A DNA stretch of 64,000 nucleotides from Sphyrna mokarran (lineage: Eukaryota), in NCBI GenBank assembly GCA_024679065.1, contig JAGIQG010000009.1, forward strand, positions 61,938,001 to 62,002,000. The letters run 5' to 3'. The translations under genes and the position numbers were made by a program. The notes under the pieces were generated by a model that saw only the letters and a list, made by a program, of their open reading frames with translations, made no database searches and was not told the DNA's origin. Shown piece after piece: positions 24,834 through 37,731 of the stretch (positions within the stretch are counted from its first letter, which is position 1; every line of letters starts with the position of its first letter).

Positions 24834-26000
24834 ATGGCAGAACAAGTGCTCCAATATTCTTAGACATGCTCTGGATGCTTTGCTAGAGGATTTGGATTAG
24901 GAGAGGGGATCTCTACCCACAAGCATTGGGAGAACTCTTGCGGAACTCTGAGATACCATGGGAACAGGTAGCAGACCTGGTGGTAACTACCAGGAATCAA
25001 TGCTCGAGGACTTCTCACAAGAAGATCAATGACCTCACATGAGTAGTCAAGGTCATTGAATTTATCTTCAAATGTCATATCCCACCAATAGCATGACTAG
25101 ACTCCCACACTGTTCAATTCACCACTCATATCCCACCTTCAAAATTTATCTCACCCTCACATATTTAGCTTTGTTGCAAGCCTTTCTCCCACATCACTGA
25201 GCTTGCACACATTGTCATGTATTTAATCATCATAACTACAACAGCCAACCATATTGCAGCAAGTTTGCTGGCATACTTCACTCTCTCCCCAGGACAAAAT
25301 GGTGCTGAAAAACGGGCCAACTCAACACAACTGCATGTCCTCATTCTGATGAAGGAGAAAGAGGTCACCATCGTCTAGGCCATAGTCTGCAAAGAGGCTG
25401 AAAGCATCAAAGATGATGGCGTTCTGACTAATTCTCCTCACATCTCCATTCCCCCCCAGACGCAGAATGTTGGGAACACCATGACCTGGAAATTTCCCCC
25501 TAAGTCACTCACCATCCTGACTTGGAAATATATTGCTGTTTCTTCACTATCACTGGGTCAAATCCTAAAACTCCCTCCCTAAGGACCTACATTACTGGGA
25601 CTGCATCAGTTCAAAAGGCAGTTCACCACCATCTTCTCAAGGGCAACTAGGGATGGGCAATAAATGCTGACCTAACTAGAAAAGCTCACATCGCTGAATG
25701 GTTTTTTTATATAAGCTACAGATGGTACATGTGGACACCTTTCGATTTCTCCCACCACCGACCAAGTGCCATCCTTCTTTCAGTATGGAAGTGGTGATGA
25801 ATTCGGTAGGAATACTTGCAGGTCCAACCTTGATGGCTGATGTCTCAAATTCCATTGCAGAACAAGCAGAAGCCACCCAACATTTGAAACCGCTGTGGAA
25901 GCAAAGCCAGCTCTCAGATTGCCACCATTTTAGCCCTGGTGTACAAAAGAGGTTTGCAGGGTAGTGCAACAGTTCAGCAGCCTGTAGACCATTCATGAGG
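24834..26000 (+). pseudogene. Harbinger Myb/SANT-like DNA-binding protein remnant, 3 segments
   Basis: 24834-25051: APIF..ALDALLEDL..RGDLYPQ...WEQVADLV..RNQCSRT.HKKINDLT*VVK followed by GT; 25293-25418 after a CTCTCTCCCCAG acceptor: DK...LHVL.LM.E...AESIKDD; ORF 25698-25964 MEVV.NS...LMADVSNSIAEQAEATQHL; contains stops and frameshifts. Confidence 0.75.
25495..25705 (+). mobile_element. CR1 3' end inserted in the Harbinger element
   Basis: CACCATCCTGACTTGGAAATATATTGC...TCACCACCATCTTCTCAAGGGCAACTAGGGATGGGCAATAAATGCTG. Confidence 0.85.
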
Positions 26001-26529
26001 ATGATTACTGAGACACTGTGCCCAGGGACTGGCTCCATCAAGCACAAACCTGTTGTTGTCTCTCAGGGTCCATCCACCCACACCACCATAAGCCCATGCT
26101 GTTGCCTATCGGCCAGCCCATTTTGAGGTAGCACAGTCTGAATTTGGTCCTTTTGGGCCCAGATCTGCTCATGGTAGTCTTCTATCTGCAGGTTCCTCTT
26201 GCAAATGTCAGCAGCTTTTCTACCAAGCATGCTGCAGCCACTGGGGTTATCAATGTGAAGGAGTATAAGAACAGGCACAGAGATACAAAAGGCAGATACC
26301 ATAGTGGAATGCACAAGGGTAATTTAGTTGACTCTTGTATGCAATATGGCATGGATATCATTTTTAAATTTGACTTCCAACATTAATATTGCGGGAGCTT
26401 TTACTTCTGCATTGATGGTTAGTGACAGAGCAAAGTGAGTCTTCTGATTGAATAAAAATTTGGAGGTGTATCAATGAGACAAGTATGAATCTTGCAACAA
26501 GAAAGGGACTACATTGGGTGTCTCTTCTA

Positions 26530-26935
26530 TTAATCCTCTTCTTCCTCCACTTCATCCTCAGCTGCTTACTATCTAACTGCTTGCAAGGACTCTACCAACA
26601 TGATGGTGTGGCTGTACAGCCTAAAACAGATCACCACAAATGTTGACACACTGCTGATTTCTACAAGATTCCTCCAGACTAGTCAAGGCACCAGAGTCAT
26701 TGTTTAAGCAGGCCGGCATCTGTACTATTACATTTCACGAGGCAACATGATTTTTCTTGTACACACACTGTCCACGTGTATGTGTGAACTATCTATCAGA
26801 GTCACAAGCCATGTTGATAAAGAATACCATCCAGTCACCAGCCTCTGGTTTATCTTCAAACTCAAATATAGCTGGCACAGTGGACTGTCCCAAAATGAAG
26901 GTACCATGACTGCGAGCATAATGTTGGTCATTGAG
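26530..26935 (-). pseudogene. HARBI1-type (Harbinger DDE) transposase, C-terminal remnant
   Basis: Minus strand across frameshifts reads Y.RSHGTFILGQSTVPAIF / RGW*LDG / YSLSTWLVTL / RGQCVY..NH.AS*NVI.Q / GLLKQ*LWCLD*SGGIL / VSTFVVIC..LY, then an acidic tail; follows the order of HARBI1-family motifs PGS.HD.FIL, GWLLGD.GY...WLMTP, YN..H..TR..IE...GLLK.RFRCL...GG.L. Confidence 0.85.
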
Positions 26936-27304
26936 ATGTGTTAAGAGCTACATAACCACCAAACACTTGAACAAGCAGCAGCAGAAACTAGATCAGAAAC
27001 TAAATGAAAATATTTGACAATCTCTTCAAAATAATTCAGCTGATGGAGGTTACGAGAGGGAGTTTGCTGCAGCTTTAAGATCCAATATGGCAGCACAAGC
27101 AACAAATCGGTATTATGCTCTGGTTGATGTCACAACCTGCCTGCTCTGTATACTTCTGGTAGTTGAGATAATTCACCACCAGCATGGTGTCCAACACAAG
27201 AAGTGTACACTTATGCAGCTAAAGTAACATTCTGGTCAACCTTGAACCAATCAACAGACTGTAAAATGTAGGAGCAGAAGTAGGCCATTCAGCCCACCAG
27301 CACA

Positions 27305-27445
27305 GCAGATCATTGATATTATTGTTGCTGGTGTTTTACATAGCTATATGAAAACTGGCATTTGTCTTACCTTACATTGCAGCAATGACTACAATTCAAA
27401 ATACTTCATTGCCAATAATATACCCTGAGGTTTTGAAAGGCTTGT
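27305..27445 (+). mobile_element. DeuSINE (SacSINE1-like) 3' fragment
   Basis: CCTTACATTGCAGCAATGACTACAATTCAAAATACTTCATTG...CCTGAGGTTTTGAAAGG. Confidence 0.6.
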
Positions 27446-28167
27446 TTCTCTAAATATTGTATCCAGTTCACATTAGGCAGTGGGGAAGTTGCAGGAAGTA
27501 TTTACCTAAGCTGTACAAAGCTGCTTTGTGCAATTTTCATCCTGTTCTGGAGTTATATTACTGTTTATTTCTGGCAATTAATTCATTTACGTTTTGCAGA
27601 TTTTTTAACAAAATAGGATTTGAAATGAATACTAGTCAGCTCTATCAACCCATTGAGCAGTATAGCATTTAAATGGAGAATATTACTTGTGAGATGGATC
27701 ATGATGTAGTGTATTCTAGTGCTAATGCACACACTACGCTTCTGCAGAAATCTTAGGCAATCTTTTTACAATCTGCTTCCACCTGTGCACACAAACAGCA
27801 TCAGTAGTTTCCACTCCATCTGTAAGGTTGTGGTTTTCTTTTATTAATACAAGTAAATAATCTGTCACTCATCCATTCCACTCTCTAATGATTTTCACTT
27901 ATTTTAACCCTGTGATTAAGTTGCTACCATGTATTTACATTCTTTGCCCAATTTTAGTCTCCCTTTAATTAGGATTGCTATCATTTGGATGTATTGTAGT
28001 TCAGCAGCCTGAATCTCCCTAGAAAGTTGGCCAATAATATCATCTACGTAAAGCACTCAGCTTTTCCCTGATAGAGGTTCATGCAACTTTTGCTGCCTCC
28101 ATTAGCTGGGGCTGAGTGCCAGAACTCAAAGAACTATTGTGGCCACATCAGCAATAACATTTTAAAT

Positions 28168-28480
28168 ATAGAATTATAGAATCCCTACAGTGCAGTAAGG
28201 GATTGAGTCTGCACCAACTCTCTGAAAGAGCATGCCACTCAAGTCCTGCCCTATCCCGTAACTCTGCTCATTTACAATGGTTAATCCATCTAACCTTCAC
28301 ATCTTGGGACACGAAAGGGCAGTTTAGCACAACCAATCCACGTAACTGGAGCACCTTGAAGAAACCCTCGCAGACATGGGGAGAACATGCAAACACCCCA
28401 CAGACAGTGATCCAAGGCCAGAGTCAAACACAGGTCTCTGACATGGTGAGGCAGCAGTGCCAACCACTGTGTCACTGTGC
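28168..28480 (-). mobile_element. HE1-type V-SINE
   Basis: TAGAATCCCTACAGTGCAG tail; GGGAGAACATGCAAAC...ACAGACAGTGA; GTGAGGCAGCAGTGCCAACCACTGTG head. Confidence 0.9.
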
Positions 28481-29116
28481 TAGAATTCTAGCATTTCTTG
28501 GTATCCCTTTCCTGAATCTGAAAACTGAAGAAACAATGGAGTATCTGTTTGAGAATCATTTTACATTGATCAATGGTCTTTAAAATGGAAATGGATCTTC
28601 TGAAATTAGCCTGCATGCATTCATCAGAATGTGAATCTTAGAAACGCAGTACATTAAAACATGCATAGGATATCAAATGGCTCCTTGCTGCCGGTGATGA
28701 TTTTTCAATGCCAATGAAAATCAGAAATTTCATGAGTGAAGTGACTATTCATTTCAATCAATAGAAAATGGAGGACAGTTCATTCTTAATTTCTCTCCAA
28801 AACTATGAACTTGTAAAAATACCCTGTTTAAATATATTAATTCCTTGTGCTTGTGCACACCTCCTGTTAATTTTTCTATGATATAAATCCCCATCTTGTG
28901 CTACTTTTATCAACATAATCCAGCAGAAATTAACCAAAACAATTTTTAAATGTCAAGAATATCAAGTTGCAGTTATCTTTAATAAGATTGTGCTATACAA
29001 CAGCCAACCACAAAGCTGGTCAAATCCCCAATTAAAATAATAAGCAAGGTATGTTTCCCATTGCTTGTGGCTATTCAGGAAGAATCTTAAAATTCAGGTT
29101 TTTCTGTTTACTGTAT

Positions 29117-29451
29117 CAGCAAAAAGACATGTTGTCGAAGTTTTAGGTCTTGTACATATCAGGACAGTTTGCAAGAATACCAAAGGTAAAAGAACAACAA
29201 TTTATACTGTATGAGAAGAGGTTGGCAAGTGGGCACCAATTGGTAGAGCTGCTGCCATGGAAAATGTTAGCTGATGACTTAACTGTACATTCTCTATGGC
29301 AAGGCCTCTACTAATCAGAACTTATTGCCAACAAAATCAACACCAACTTCTCATGCACAATAAATAGTTGTTTATTTTACAATTGGCATTCTTGCAAATT
29401 ATCCTGTTGAATGCAAAATGAAAAACTTCGACAACATGTTCTTTTTTCAGC
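29117..29451. mobile_element. ~335-bp palindromic Penelope-type element with a hammerhead-ribozyme relic in each arm
   Basis: Arms pair along their length (ACATGTTGTCGAAG/CTTCGACAACATGT; GCAAGAATACCAA/TTGGCATTCTTGC; CTGTATGAGAAG/CTTCTCATGCA; TGCCATGGAAAATGT/ACATTCTCTATGGCA); centre near 29272. Confidence 0.8.
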
Positions 29452-30923
29452 AATAATCAAGTTCTGTGTTACCAAATGACTGCTTAAGTGCAAAGTCATA
29501 TTTTAAATGTCATTAAATATTTAATTTGCTAAGAAGCTGACTACAGTGCTATAATTAAACAAGAAAATAGTCCAGCAAGGTTTTCAGTTGTGTTCTTAAG
29601 TTGTTTAAAATCAGATGATACAAGAAATATTGATGAAAATGCTTATTTTTTTATGATAAGCACAATTTAAATTGTATTATTAAAACAGCACTCAATCACC
29701 ACTCGTAAGTATATCAATTATGCCTGCACATCCTGGTCTAATCAACTCCAATCTTTGAACAGCACTTACTTGAAATTTTACACCTGGTTTCGACAAGCCA
29801 TGTATGGCAAAATTTTTGATTCAAAGGCAATATGCGTTGTGCAGCACACATATTGCTTTTTATAATAAATATTCCATTTAATTTTCAAGAAAAAATAAGA
29901 AAAAAATCCATGTGGTAGCTATACCACTGATATACAAGACTTTTATCCCATTCCAGGACGAAATGCCCATTAGTATAAGTTGAGACTATATTGGTTATTG
30001 CAATAGAATGCAGTTTTAACAGTCTTAAATACATGAAGACATCAATGTTTGTGTGTTTATGCTGAGTTCTAAATGCCTCTTATCAGATCCTTGGAAACAG
30101 CTGCAAATTATTTTTTATTTCTGCCTTGAAGCTTTCCCACCTGTGATGGAGGTTGATTTGGGTTAGTTATGTATATCAGAGCCAGTATCTTCTAGCCAAA
30201 TAGCACAAAGCACTAAGTTTCCAATACAACCACGAAGTGATAGAATACAACCTGCGCCCCAGCCTCCCCATGTATAAGGCTGCCTTCTTCAGACAGGTTT
30301 TTAATGAAAGAATGGTGCACTTGTATTTCACCTCCATGATTCTTTACAAGGCTTTTGAAGCACAGGCACTGTTATAATGCAAATGGTTCTTCTCGGCTGA
30401 GAGATTTTAACTGCATTCCCCACTTGATGCTACTTTCAGGCTAATTTTTATAGCCAGTTAATAGCAGCTGAAGTTCCATTCACAGAAGAACTAGGAATTG
30501 GTTACTTTTATTTTACATGCAGATGTTGTTCAGCATGAGAATGGGAAAGTAAATAGTGCAATAACTGTGTGAGTTAATACGTTATCAGATATAGCACAAA
30601 ACATGTTGAAAAGTACCTGCTTGCAAATATCAGGTAAGGATCAGTTTCTATTGTGTTGCTCCCACAGATGGACCCCACTTTGGTTTGCTCATTTTGCCCA
30701 CCACATGATGATATCCTGCCGGCCACAAGATTATTATCAGTGATGGTGGCATGAGGCCATTCCCATTAAGTGGGCATTTAAGACCCTCAACTGCTGACCA
30801 GTTGGGAAGAACAATCATTGGGCCTTCCTTGAGAAAACAATCCTTGTCATTTTTTTGCACTTTATCAACTATTTACAATCTTCTGCAATCTCAGTACTTG
30901 CAAAAGATTGGCATTAAAACTGT

Positions 30924-31058
30924 GGGTACAATCTTACTGCCCATTCACACTGCACTCCCACTGCAGCAAAGACGGAGAATTTGACAACAAGCCAAATCTC
31001 TGGTCACTGCAGAGGAGTGGGCAAACTCCATTGGCATGAATGGACAGAAGCTTCTGGC
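30924..31058 (+). mobile_element. MITE-like element, same family as 62527-62659 in opposite orientation
   Basis: CATTCACA...GGAGAATTTG...GCCAAA...TCACTGC matches the reverse complement of 62527-62659. Confidence 0.65.
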
Positions 31059-31606
31059 TGCTGGCATTCTGATCTGAAAATGCCTGCTAAAGAGGCTTTC
31101 TGTACTCAGCCATGTTGTTAAAGTCTGGATAATTTGAACTAAAACCTCGACAAGGATAACCCATGAATCATTTCCTTCACTAAAATAAGGTTTCAACAAC
31201 TAGTCTTCCACTTGGATTTAGCCAGTTAGATTATTGGGGTGCAAGTCGTTCTGGCTAAGGAAAATATTGGTCTGCCATAGTCATTTGAGGAGGAACTTCA
31301 TAATCTGTTGAGAAGGAGAAATATTCAAAGCTATGGAGAACTAACTGAGAAAATATTTGAAAAGAGAACATAAGAGGATTTCAGAGAAAGGTCAGGGAAA
31401 CAGGATTTGGTTAGATAGCTCCAGTTCATGGGTTAGTGTGAGCACAGCCATGATGGAATTAGGTTTTCCGAATGACATGTTATAGGTAAACATGGTCTCT
31501 TGGCTGAAACTTGCTTTGGTGTTGGGAAGGCTTTCCTGGAGCTTTACATAGTATTATTCAGGTTCTTTCCCCTGCATTTTGATTTCCCCAGGAATACTAA
31601 TGCATA

Positions 31607-31918
31607 GGCATGGCACAATGGCTAGCAATGCTGCCTCACAGTGCCAGTGACCAGGATTTTCTTCTGGCCTTGCATGACTCTCTGTGCGAAGTTTGCACCT
31701 TCTCCCCATGTCTGTGCGGGTTTCTTCCAGATGCTCTGGTTTCCTCACACAATCTGAAAGATATGCGGGTTAGGTTGATTGGCCATGCTAAAATAGCCCC
31801 TTAGTGTCAAAGGGAGTGGCAGGGTAAATAGGTGGAGGGACAGGGATAAGGCCTGGGTGACATTGTTGCCAGTGCAGGATTGACAGGCCTCCTTTGGCAT
31901 TGTAGGGATTACATGATT
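31607..31918 (+). mobile_element. HE1-type V-SINE
   Basis: Head TGGCACAATGGCTAGCAATGCTGCCTCACAG, V-domain, tail GCATTGTAGGGATT. Confidence 0.88.
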
Positions 31919-33255
31919 ACCAAAGCTGGAGGTTGTCCCTTCAAATGGAAAGAGGCAGCACTGATGGTCCAAAACTTTTCTTGTTCCTCTTTTTTAGGTG
32001 TGCTGTAGTTCCCACAGACTTAGTTAACTAGAGCTATTTCCCTTCCCAATGTCCTTTTATAGTCATCCTTTTCAAGCACTTATCAAACTCTTTCTTAAAT
32101 ACTGTTACAATTCCTGCCTCAAAAGCCACATTTGGTAAAGTACTGCATGTTCTCGTCTGGTACACCCACTGCTGGGAAAACATTCTTTCTGTTTCTCAAT
32201 CCTTTGCTCCAGTATTTTCATGCGCATGATAGCTATTGATTTAAAAAGCAATGGAAACATATTTTCACTATTCCTCTCTCTAAACTTTCTCTAATCTGGA
32301 AAAACCTAGGGGTCCCACTTGTTGAAATAGGAGAAGTAACTTTTTTCAGAATTAAAATATCTCATTCTTATCTAATTCCAGTGGTCTAAGTTTTGCTTAA
32401 TGTGATACTTCGGTAGACACTTCATAAACATTGTATGAAAATAATAATAGCTGCTTTTATACCCCACTCAAGTCATATGATCCCATCCCAATCATGTATT
32501 CAGTCTAGAACATATTTTCTAATTATTGGCCCTGTAACATATAAGATTTTAGTTAACTATCTACATATTCCTAGATTTATCTACTCCATCTGCTCACAGC
32601 ATCTAGGGTATCCTCTCTTCACTATTTCTTTTCCCTAATATATTGTTAACAACTGGTCCCCAAGTAAGGTCCCCCAAATTTGTTCACATGGTGAGATTCC
32701 TCAATTTATTGTCATCCTGCTGGAATCTGGGATATGCCCAGGTGAAAAGGGATGAACGGATTTCCTTTTCTTCTTCAACCCCCTCTGCTGGTCGCAAAAG
32801 ATTAATCTTGTTTCGCGGATTTGCAGATCCCTTTCTCCAGTCCCAATATTTATGTTTTAACAAGAGTCAATTTAACTTCTCTTGAATTAAATATAGTGTT
32901 AATAAAGACAAGAACATGATAAAAACACAAGCATATATGTTCATATAGGTTGGAAATGAGAATTGAGTCCAAAGTAAGTCAGTATACAAACAATACTTGA
33001 CCTATGAGGAATAAATGATTGAGTGTTGCGGCCATTGCAATTTGATTTCAGTAGCACTGACTCCAGCAGCTGAAGTCGGTTTGAGATTCTGGTGCTCTGC
33101 AGTTTGATAGAGAAGCTTCCCTATTTCCATTTCCCTGTGGCTTACTTCAACAATCAGAGAAGAAATAGAGATATACCTGCAAAATGTTTTTGTAGGGGTG
33201 TGACTGCTGACTGACTTCTATGTCACACTTTCTGACACCACAGCAACAGCACTGG

Positions 33256-33257
<2 letters not shown>

Positions 33258-33288
<31 letters not shown>
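33258..33288. repeat. (CA)n microsatellite, ~15 units
   Basis: Perfect CA run. Confidence 0.97.
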
Positions 33289-33291
<3 letters not shown>

Positions 33292-34433
33292 GGTCAGTTT
33301 TTCAGCTGGCTTCTATCCCAGTCTATATTCTTGGAAGGCAAAATCCACAGAGCTGTCTGGACAGGATATTTTTAGATGAAATAATACTCTTTTCCTATGA
33401 TCTCCCATTGTCGCCACCAGAGATGACAATTAATTTCTGCATGCTTCAGAAGTATTTTTTGCTGTAAACAGGCTGGTGTTTTATTGAGTCTCAGAGTATA
33501 AGCCACCAGAAATTCAACCAGTAGCTGGCTACACCTTTAGCACTTTTTTTACTTGTAGCCCATTTTTTTAAAATCACAGATCTTACTTAAAATTCAATAT
33601 TTCTGGATGCAATTTGGTGTTTTGCACAAGCTGATTCTTTCCCAATTACTACTTTCAATTTCTCTGTATCTGCCACATAACTGCCTCTTTTGTTACATTG
33701 CCCACGTCCTTCCGCAATCTACTTTAATCTTTTTCACAATTAGCATATCTCCCCAAATTTGATTAATCAGCAGAGCTCAATATCATTCTTGCAATTTATT
33801 TCTTGCAAAGCAATTTATAGAAATAAAAAACAAAACAAGCTGCAATACAGCACAACTTCAGCATAACCCCCATCTACCAATATACAAATAACTTACTCCT
33901 TCATTGTCTTCCCTACATTACTCTAGCCAGCATTCAGCTTATCTTTTGATATCAAGTAATTTCATTTTCTTAACAAGCTTCTTATGTCACACTTCACGAA
34001 ATGCTTTCCTAAACATCGATACCTACAGAATTTATTTTACATTCCCTGGCTTGAAGCTCAATGAGATGCCAGAGGCTCCTATTTGCCAACTGGATAGCTG
34101 GCAAAATGCCCATACTGCCTCTGCTTGAGAAGGTTCATCTAACAACAAACTCATCAGGCATTGGTGAGGCCACTTGCAGGTTCTCCCCTGGAATTAAGAC
34201 TCCCAATGGTGGTAAGTTTCACCTACCGAAATGTACTCGGCAGAATACACGGAGACTGTGGCTGCTGCTGGAAGGGTGGGCTCCGGAGTGTCAGGATCAC
34301 TGAGCAGCGCAGGCCATAGGTAGGTAATGTGGTGCAGTTTACTGAGGGAGTGTGGGGGGAAGGGGTGGGGGAGGGAGGAGCGGAGGTGGTTTTGCAGCGT
34401 ACATTCATAGGGATACAAGTGCATAGTGGGAGG

Positions 34434-34800
34434 TTTTTTAATGTTTGTTCACGTGATGTGGGCTTCGCTGTCTTGGCTAACATTTATTGTCCATCCCTAA
34501 CTGCCCTCCATTTCAGAGGGCATTTAAGTGTCAACCACATCGCTGTGGGTCTGGAGTCACATGTAGGCCAGACGAGGTAATGGTGCAAATTTCCTTCCCA
34601 AAAGAACATTAGGGAATCGGGTGGATTTTATGACAATCAACAATGGTTTCATGGTGATCATTAGACATTTAATTCCAGATTGTTATAGAATTCAAATTTC
34701 ATCATCTGCCACAGTGAGATTTGAATGGTGTCCCCAGAACAACACCCTGGATCCCTGGATTATGAATCCAGTGACAATACCACTATGGCACTACCTTCTC
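34434..34800 (-). mobile_element. tRNA-derived SINE with CR1-type tail, full length
   Basis: Collinear with 18741-19092; shows the uninterrupted CATTTAAGTGTCAACCAC site. Confidence 0.88.
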
Positions 34801-35650
34801 TGACAATAAGGAAAGGAGTTGGCTCTCAGCAAGCTCTCCCACTTCCTGATACACAATCCCCAAATGCCTTTGATCAAGAAATCCCTGACTCCACCCCACA
34901 CATCCAACTCCACTCCCAGCCAAAGCTTACAAGCTGGGCATATGAATTTAACTGCCATGCACAATACATAGTGAGAGGCCTGCCTGAAGCTAGATTAATA
35001 CCAGTAGCGGAGTGTGGCGATTAGGGGATTTTCACAGTAACTTCATTGCAGTGTAAATGTAAGCCTACTTGTGACACTAATAAATAAATTTTAAATTCCC
35101 ATCATGAATCTCAACAAGCAGATAATGATGAATGGCAGCTTAAGATATCTTGGTGGATAAATTAAGTTTTCCAATCTGGTGTTTCCAGGATCCATTGTTC
35201 ACGTGATTAACAACCTCCAAATATAATAACCCAAAATGACACCATCTGAACATCATCTTCAGTCAGACAATTTCGTTCTAAGGCTGTAGTGATGTCCTTC
35301 ATTAATTAGTAAGGATTCTTCTCTCCGTTGCTTCTCTACCCATACAGAAATCTTTTACAAAAAAGGTTTAGTTTTGAGGTTTGATTGATATCAAGTTGCT
35401 ACTATTTGTGTCCTCCTATTTTAATTAACCCTTCTTGTAATCCAAGTTTACTTCCTGTGCTTTGTACAGTCATGTATAGACAGAACAACCTGACTAAAAT
35501 TCTTCACTACTCCCACTGTGCATCTACTTCACTACACTGCTTCTCTATCTTTTTAAATAATTTTCTGGATCATCGTTTTCTTATAGCTCTTCCACTTCTC
35601 TGGGGCCTATTTTTCTTGAGCTTTGAACATTACATTGCTATACACCTTAA

Positions 35651-35979
35651 GGGCAGCATGGTGGCACAGTGGTTAGTGCTGCTGCCCCATAGCACCAGCG
35701 ACTCAGGTTCAATTCTGGCCTTGAGTCACTGTCTCTGTGGAATTTGCAATTTCTCCCCCTGTCTGCGTGGGTTTTTTTTCGGTGCTCCAGTTTCCTCCCA
35801 CAGACCAAAGATGTGCAGGTTAGGTTGATTGGCTATAGTAAATTGTCCCTTAGCATCAGGGATGGAATTAGCGGGGTAAATAAGTGGAGTTACGAGGATA
35901 GGGCTTGAGTGGAATTGTGGTTGGTGCATGCTCGATGGGCCAAATGGCCTCCTTCTGCACTATAGGAATTCTATCATTC
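35651..35979 (+). mobile_element. HE1-type V-SINE, full length
   Basis: GGGCAGCATGGTGGCACAGTGGTTAG (A box), GGTTCAATTC (B box), V-domain, HER1-like tail. Confidence 0.93.
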
Positions 35980-37075
35980 ACAATATCCTCAGCTCTTCCT
36001 CTCATGCAGTTTAAGATTCTCTCCTGTGTCAACCTTGGTTCAATGGAGAGTGTAGGAGGTCATGCCAGAAGCAACATCAGGCATATCTAAAATGGGGTGA
36101 CAACCTGGTGAAGCTACGACAGAAGTCTACTTGCATTCCAAACGGCAAAAGCAGCAAGTGATAGACAGAAGTGGAATCACCAGATCAAATCTAAACTTTG
36201 CCACATCTAGCCGTGAATCTTGGCAAAGAAATAAACAATGCATTGGAGGAGAAGGCTATACAAATATCCCCGTCCTCAATGTTGGGGAGCCCAGCACTTC
36301 ATTGCAACGGATAAGGCTGAAGCATTCACAAAATTCAGCTGGAAGTGTTGAGTGGATGATCTGCCTTGGCCTACTCTGGCGGTCCCCATCATCACAGATG
36401 TCAGTCTTTAGCTGATTTGATTCACTCTAGGTGATATCGAGAGGTGGCTGAAGACAATGGATACAGCAAAGGCAATGGGCTGTGAGAATATTTCGGCAAT
36501 CGTACTGAAGATATATGCTCCAGAACTTGCTACATCCCTAGCCAAGCTGTTCCATATAGTTACAACACTGGCATCTCCTCAGCATTATGAAAAATTGCCC
36601 ATGTATATCCTGTACGCAAGAAACAGGACCAATCCAACCCGGCCAATTAATCACCTCCCCCCCACCATCATCTATTCTTGATCATCAGTAAAGTGACAGA
36701 AGGGGTTAACAACAGTGCAATCGAGCATCATTTGCTCAACAATAACCTGCTCATTGACACTCTGTTTGGGTTCTTCTAAGGTCACTCCCTCCTGACCCTA
36801 TTACAGCCTTGATTCAAACATGGGCAAAAGAATTGAACTGTAGTGGCAAAGTGGAAGTGAATGCACTTAATATCAAGGCTGCATTTGACTGAATTATGGT
36901 ATCAAGGATTCCCAGCAAAACTGGAGTCAATGGGAATCAGGGGGAAAACTTTCCACTGGTTGGAGTCATACTTAGTACAAAGGAAGATGGCTGTGATGGT
37001 AGGAAGTTAATCAACTCAGCTCCAGGACATCACTGCAGGAGTTCATCAAGGTAGTGTCCTAGCCCTGAGCTATAT

Positions 37076-37321
37076 AGGTTTCCTCCAGGAGCTCTGGTTT
37101 CCTCCCACGGTTCAAAGTTATGCAGGATACGTAGATTGACCATGCTAAATTGTCTCTTAGTGTCCAGGGATGTGCAGGATAGTTGGAGTAGCCATGATCA
37201 ATGTGCAGGGATACAGAGATAGGGCGGGGAGTGAGCCAACATAGAGTGCTGTTGTGGAGTTCTGATACACGCTCGGTGAACTGAATGGCCTGCTTCTGCA
37301 TTCAATGGATTCTATGATTCT
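37076..37321 (+). mobile_element. HE1-type SINE, 5'-truncated, inserted in the CR1 QGSVLGP motif
   Basis: GGTTTCCTCC...GCTCTGGTTTCCTCCCAC...GACCATGCTAAATTG...GATTCTATGATTC. Confidence 0.85.
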
Positions 37322-37731
37322 TAAATCAGGCCAACTATCTTCAGTTGCTTCATCAAAGCCCTTCCCTGAATCATAAGGTCAGAAGTGGAGATGTTGGCTG
37401 AAAAGTTCACACTAATCAGCACCATTTCCAACTCCTCAGATACAGAAACAGTCTATGTCTCAATGCAGCATAACCTGGACAAATGACAAGTAACATTTGC
37501 ATCAAACAAGTGCCAGGTAATAACCATCTCTAACAAGAGAGGATCCAACTTTCACCCCTTGACACTCAATGGGGATTACCATACAAGACTCCACTTTCCT
37601 CATCCTGTGGGTTACCATTGACCAGTCATATAAATACTATGGTTACAAGAACAGGTCAAAGGCTAGGAGTCCTGCGGCAAGTAACCCACCTCCTAACTCC
37701 CCCGAAAAAAAACCCATCCATTATCTGCAAG

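Larger units (their letters stand above)
24321..27235. mobile_element. Fossil, internally deleted PIF/Harbinger DNA transposon (boundaries approximate)
   Basis: Convergent Myb/SANT-like (+) and HARBI1-type transposase (-) remnants; a possible left terminus GGGGCTAAAATTG at 24321; right terminus not clearly seen. Confidence 0.75.

Noticed and set aside
35651-35725. tRNA gene
   Set aside because: The A/B boxes belong to a SINE head that continues into the V-domain; no complete cloverleaf.
35385-35929. ORFs with ...AQWL.LLPHS...CLCG.C.FSPCLRGF peptides, recurring across the window
   Set aside because: These are translations of V-SINE sequence, not a gene family.
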